Assembly: GCA_040400605.1 (NCBI GenBank)
Contig: JBBAPZ010000001.1
Coordinates: 1 to 55,452, forward strand
DNA: 55,452 nucleotides
Direction: 5' to 3'
Source: Candidatus Sericytochromatia bacterium
GTDB taxonomy: Bacteria > Cyanobacteriota > Sericytochromatia > S15B-MN24 > JAQBPE01
Shown: piece after piece, positions 51,355 through 55,452 of the stretch
How the letters are laid out: every line of letters starts with the position of its first letter
Position numbering within the stretch: the stretch's first letter is position 1
Program-made: the position numbers and the translations under genes
Notes under the pieces: generated by a model
What the model was told of the DNA's origin: nothing
Seen by the model: only the letters and a program-made list of their open reading frames with translations
Databases searched by the model: none

Positions 51355-51740
51355 TTACCTGGCCGCTGAACCGATATCGTCGGTTTCGTGTTTCGGGTAT
51401 CTGGCGAGTTCATAGCGCGCTTGGCTCACAGTTAAAACGCCCCGGTTCACAAACGACGTCAGCCGATCCCGGACCATGACGGTGGCGTTTTGCGTCGCGC
51501 GGCTGAAACCCAGGGCGTTGAGTGCGGCCAAGACCGCTTCCGATTCTGTCGTCGTGAACCCCTCCCGCACGGAATCAGCCAAGGCCGCTTCAATCTCTTC
51601 CGGAGCAACCCAGTCGATGTTTTTCTCTGTCGCTGCCAATTGCGAGCGATCGCGCATCTGGCATTACGAGAAAAGCCCCAACGCCCCCTCAACAGCCACC
51701 TGCCAGCGTTTCGGTTCACCCGAGCCTGCGAAGGATCTGG
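51355..51740 (-). pseudogene. C-terminal relic of a DUF3320/DUF4011-helicase-type protein
   Basis: RDRSQL...IDWVAPEEIEAAL...LGFSRAT resembles the winged-helix C-terminus of DUF3320 proteins. An in-frame TAA lies just upstream (…VEGALGLFS*CQMRDRS) and there is no SD. Confidence 0.55.
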
Positions 51741-51830
51741 CTTGATTTTCGGGCGATGATGCTCAGCGTTATGCAATGGTTGTTAAAGTATTGTTCTCAT
51801 CCAATGGGCTGGGTGCATCTTGGGTTCGGT

Positions 51831-52655
51831 TTACCGTTTTCTGCCGTCTGACACGATGCGGTAGGTGATGGAGACGATGTTCAGGTTCGCCTGGTCAATC
51901 CCTGCCGGTACGTTTTGCGGAAAGGTGACGCCGCTGACGGTATCGAAAAGGTTTTGGTTGATGGGGCTTGTTTTGATACTGAAATTCTGGTTTTGTACGC
52001 GGCCCCATCGTTCGATGATGTAATCGCGGGACAGGCGGCCGCCGCTGCGTGGGGCCACGGCCAGGTTGGCTTCCCATTCCGGTGGATCCTCCGCTTCGGG
52101 CGCGAGGTCAGGGCTGCGAATCAGGGTGAACGGCAAGGTAAATTGTAAGGTGCGCTCGTCTTTAAAACCCCATTCACGCCCCTTCTGAAGTTGTCGTACC
52201 CGTTCGTTGACCGTCCCGTCCGGGTTGGGACGGCCCTGCCACACGACGAACTGGCCGGCTTCTTCATAAAGCGCGAAGTAGGTATCCCAGACGCTGTCTG
52301 GTACAGAAATCGGATCGCGATCCAATATGGCCCGTTCATCGCGCGCAAACGGGAGATAGGCGCGCGGATCCGGAAAAGGGAAAGACAAAGGTGCCGAACC
52401 GTTGATCAACGGCCCATCTTCGGGCTTGCCCTTCGTATCGAGGACAAAATAGTAAGCCTTATCGGCCGATTGAACGAATGCGGGCCCCTCAATGCTGTAC
52501 TCGAAAATCAGGGTTTTAGGCGGCGCCAACCCGGTGGCATTGTACGCGCAACCCACGGTGGTCGAACCGAGACAGCACGCTGTCAGTATTAGCCTCTGCC
52601 ACACCTGATGCTGCGTAAACTTCAAGCCCAAGACGTTCCAAGACACGGGTGTCAT
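51831..52655 (-). CDS. Hypothetical lipoprotein coupled to lptD
   Basis: GAGGT SD, start 3 nt after the lptD stop, lipobox-like TTVGC, beta-rich mature region. Confidence 0.75.
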   Translation of the reverse strand: MTPVSWNVLGLKFTQHQVWQRLILTACCLGSTTVGCAYNATGLAPPKTLIFEYSIEGPAFVQSADKAYYFVLDTKGKPEDGPLINGSAPLSFPFPDPRAYLPFARDERAILDRDPISVPDSVWDTYFALYEEAGQFVVWQGRPNPDGTVNERVRQLQKGREWGFKDERTLQFTLPFTLIRSPDLAPEAEDPPEWEANLAVAPRSGGRLSRDYIIERWGRVQNQNFSIKTSPINQNLFDTVSGVTFPQNVPAGIDQANLNIVSITYRIVSDGRKR

Positions 52656-52658
52656 ACC

Positions 52659-55451
52659 TCACAGTCCGGGGAAGGCTGCACCGCCGCCGGCGCCGGTACG
52701 GCGGTCGAAGGTGTTGCTGGTGAAACTGAGTGGATTGCCCGGGAAGGCAACCATGGTGAGTGATATCGAGTAGAAGCTTGCCAGGCGATCGTATTGCATC
52801 GACAGCACAAAGTCGTGAAGATCCTTGTTAATGCCGATTTGCGAAAAACGATACTGTTTTTCGCCGGTGTCGTAGTAACCACCAAGCACCAGTTGCATAT
52901 GCGATCGCCAATCGTTGCCCAAGGTGATATAAACGCGATTGATCAAGGTTTGCCACTGGTTCTTGTCCAGATCATACGCCAAAGAACTGTCCAGTTGCCA
53001 ACCTGGCTTGATCGTATCGCTGCCATAGGCGCCACCGAAGATCTCAGGTGTTGAGCGCAAGGTGAAAGTCCCACTGAGGGGCAAAAACTTGCCCCCGATA
53101 CCAGGCAAGCGAAACTCGGGCAATCCACCCCAATTAAACGCCTTGCTGACAAATTTAAGGCGCCCAGTGTCACCCTCCTCTTCGATGTCAAACTGCCCGT
53201 TAAGGGTCACACCGAAAGGCCAGGGCCCCATCCGCGAGCGCCAGGTCAATTCACTTGAAATGTTGTCAAATAGCTTGTTTTGGTAGTCATAACCGCTGCG
53301 AAAGGCATAGGTGAAAAACGGATCGCGCCGCACATCCAGGGTGCCGGTCAAGCGTGTCTGTTTGGACAAGGCCAGACGGTCCTGGTTAAACGGTGAATTG
53401 TTGACCTCTTTTTCGCGCCCTGCCGCGGCCATTTCGTCCGGGTCAGGGGTTTGGTTGTTGACGTAGTTGAGGTTGGTTTGGACGCCCTCGGCCCAATCCG
53501 TCAGCAAGCGCACCCGTTGATCGATTGTGTATTGCGCATCACGGGTGCTGTAAACGAATTGCCGGTAGCCCGTACCACCAAAGTCAAGCTTGGATGAGAA
53601 ACCAATCGGATGCAGTTTGCTGGCCAAGCTGAACTCAGGATTGAAGCGGTTGATGAAATCGCCCGGAAACAAACGGTTGTAAGGGGTTGATTGCAGGGCC
53701 AAGGGCCTGAAAGTGGCATATTCAAAAAAGCGCCCGTAGGCGATTTTGGCGTTGAGCGGCTGCCAGTTGGCCAAGAAGGGTTCAGAGGTCCAGGTGATTT
53801 CAGGGAGTTTGTCAAAGCGGCCGATCTGCCGCACGGACGCCAGTTGTTGTGCGGCGGTTTGGTTGGGGTCTTGCGGGTAGCGTGTGAGATCCAGAAACTT
53901 CTGTGCCTGAATGCCGACGCTGCCCATCCCCTGCATCCGATGGGACCAATCAAACTGGGGCTCCGCTTGCTGATCCCAAGGCGCCGGTGTTGGCACCGGG
54001 GTTGTGCTTGGGGCTTGCGTGGGATCCAGTGGTGCCGCCTCTTTAATGGCGATACGATAAGGTACCTGCAGGGTTGACGTCGTGTTCGGTCCCCAGTTGC
54101 TGCTAAAGTTCAAGTTGTTGGTCACGTTGATGTTCGCGGCCCCCGGCGCCACCTTGACACTCACCGCATCGGCCGGACTTGCGGCGGGCTGTGCACCAGC
54201 CTCTGCATTGCCCGTGTTTGTCGGTGTCACGATGCTGCGCGTCACTTGCTGGGCGCGATCCATTTGTGAACTGAGGCGCACATCTGTGTTGCCGAGCTTG
54301 AAACCCGCGTTGGCGCGCACGCGATCCGACAGCGACTGCGACAAGGAAGTGCCCACGGCCTGATTGCCCCGTTGGTTGGTGCGATCAAATCCCAAGTCAT
54401 AATTGAGACCGCCCCAACTGTCGATGCGATCCTTCAGGCTCAGGCTGAGCGAGTCCCGGTTGTTACGAAAATTGGGTGACAAGGGATCATAAATATTGTG
54501 ATCCTCCAGTCGGGCACTCAATTCCATCCGACCAAACAAGCGTTGTTTGTGCTCAATGCCAAACTGGCGGTCCTGAAAAGGGCCACCGTAAAGGCCGAGC
54601 AGGGCTGCACCGGATTTGAGCCGTTGTGCGCGATCCTCAGGGCTCAAGGTTTGCTCCACCGGGAGCAGGTTGGTTTCATCGGGTGTCACAAGGCCGTACA
54701 AAAACGCGTAGGTGGCGGCCTCATAGCCCCAGGTGGCTTGATGCTCAAAGCCCAGCCCCACGCCCTTTTTTTCGAACACATTGAGAAAAGTCTTGCCGGA
54801 ATTGAGCCAATAGCCGTTGTTAAGTGTCGGTAACTGGTAATCGAACGACGACCGGATGAAGAAGCCTTCCACCTCGCTACGACCGATGTTGGGCTTCTCG
54901 CGGTCATTTTTCAGGGGAATCACCGCCACCGGCAACCAAAAGGCATAGCGCCCGTTGAGGTAAACCCGGCTGTCCCAGGCCACCACGCGATCGCCCGGAA
55001 AATATTGCAACGAGCGTGCCTCGACGTGATAATGCGGCACACGACCGTCATTGACTTCCTCACAGGTGCTAAACACCGCGTTTTCAGCGTCAAAACGTTT
55101 ATCGCCAAAAGCCTTGAGCCGTTTGGCACGCACGTGGATCGTCTGTCCCGTTTGCTCGGCGGGGACGGATAAATTGGCACCTTCGATGTGCCCTTCGCGG
55201 GTTTCATAATTGTAGTGAAGGGCCGTGCCAGTAATGACCTGTTTACGATCCGGTTTCTTGGCGTCGGGTTGAGTGAGCGTAAACGGGGTATTGGTGGTGA
55301 GCGATTTTTGACGCTGGTCGACGCTCAATTCATCGGTTTGAATGGAGACAGCACCACGTTCGACGCGTACATTGCCGCGAAAAACGGTGATGCCGCGTCC
55401 GCGGTCGTGAGACAGGCGATCGGCGCGCGCCTTGACGCGTTCTTCCGGAGG
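52659..55451 (-). CDS. lptD: LPS-assembly protein LptD-like outer-membrane protein (5' end beyond the window)
   Basis: Frame is open to the window end and reads ...ARADRLSHD...FRGNVRV...IQTDEL (OstA-like). Also NAVFSTC, PHYHVEA, FWLP, G...EGFFI, and amphipathic beta strands. Confidence 0.8.
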   Translation of the reverse strand, partial: PPEERVKARADRLSHDRGRGITVFRGNVRVERGAVSIQTDELSVDQRQKSLTTNTPFTLTQPDAKKPDRKQVITGTALHYNYETREGHIEGANLSVPAEQTGQTIHVRAKRLKAFGDKRFDAENAVFSTCEEVNDGRVPHYHVEARSLQYFPGDRVVAWDSRVYLNGRYAFWLPVAVIPLKNDREKPNIGRSEVEGFFIRSSFDYQLPTLNNGYWLNSGKTFLNVFEKKGVGLGFEHQATWGYEAATYAFLYGLVTPDETNLLPVEQTLSPEDRAQRLKSGAALLGLYGGPFQDRQFGIEHKQRLFGRMELSARLEDHNIYDPLSPNFRNNRDSLSLSLKDRIDSWGGLNYDLGFDRTNQRGNQAVGTSLSQSLSDRVRANAGFKLGNTDVRLSSQMDRAQQVTRSIVTPTNTGNAEAGAQPAASPADAVSVKVAPGAANINVTNNLNFSSNWGPNTTSTLQVPYRIAIKEAAPLDPTQAPSTTPVPTPAPWDQQAEPQFDWSHRMQGMGSVGIQAQKFLDLTRYPQDPNQTAAQQLASVRQIGRFDKLPEITWTSEPFLANWQPLNAKIAYGRFFEYATFRPLALQSTPYNRLFPGDFINRFNPEFSLASKLHPIGFSSKLDFGGTGYRQFVYSTRDAQYTIDQRVRLLTDWAEGVQTNLNYVNNQTPDPDEMAAAGREKEVNNSPFNQDRLALSKQTRLTGTLDVRRDPFFTYAFRSGYDYQNKLFDNISSELTWRSRMGPWPFGVTLNGQFDIEEEGDTGRLKFVSKAFNWGGLPEFRLPGIGGKFLPLSGTFTLRSTPEIFGGAYGSDTIKPGWQLDSSLAYDLDKNQWQTLINRVYITLGNDWRSHMQLVLGGYYDTGEKQYRFSQIGINKDLHDFVLSMQYDRLASFYSISLTMVAFPGNPLSFTSNTFDRRTGAGGGAAFPGL

Positions 55452-55452
55452 C

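Overview
A 55.4 kb chromosomal window from a moderately GC-rich diderm bacterium. It has LptD, a beta-barrel porin and CsaB/TagA, a Firmicutes-style gap-pgk-tpiA-gpmI run, holB-PSP1 synteny and tRNAs without encoded CCA. That mix suggests a Terrabacteria diderm such as a non-photosynthetic relative of Cyanobacteria (inference only). Most genes are housekeeping: glycolysis, holB/ricT, a sugar ABC pair, csaB-tagA-ftsE-ftsX, an M16 peptidase pair, PNP, guaAB, kynA/kynU, lptD and three tRNAs. The most unusual items are: (1) a translationally coupled pair of large proteins I cannot assign (1071 aa helical/beta/TPR plus 462 aa coiled coil), near a relic of a DUF3320-type helicase; (2) two probable c-di-GMP receptors heading cell-cycle operons, namely a degenerate GGDEF protein before holB-ricT and a stand-alone tandem MshEN protein before csaB-tagA-ftsEX; (3) recurrent TTAA-N7-TTAA boxes in promoter regions; (4) a FabH-like protein with all three catalytic positions altered, paired with a thioester-reductase-like SDR; (5) a decayed MNT-HEPN module; (6) a long structured intergenic RNA candidate upstream of guaA. 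I saw no CRISPR array, rRNA or intact transposase. All family assignments come from motif recognition by eye, not database searches.
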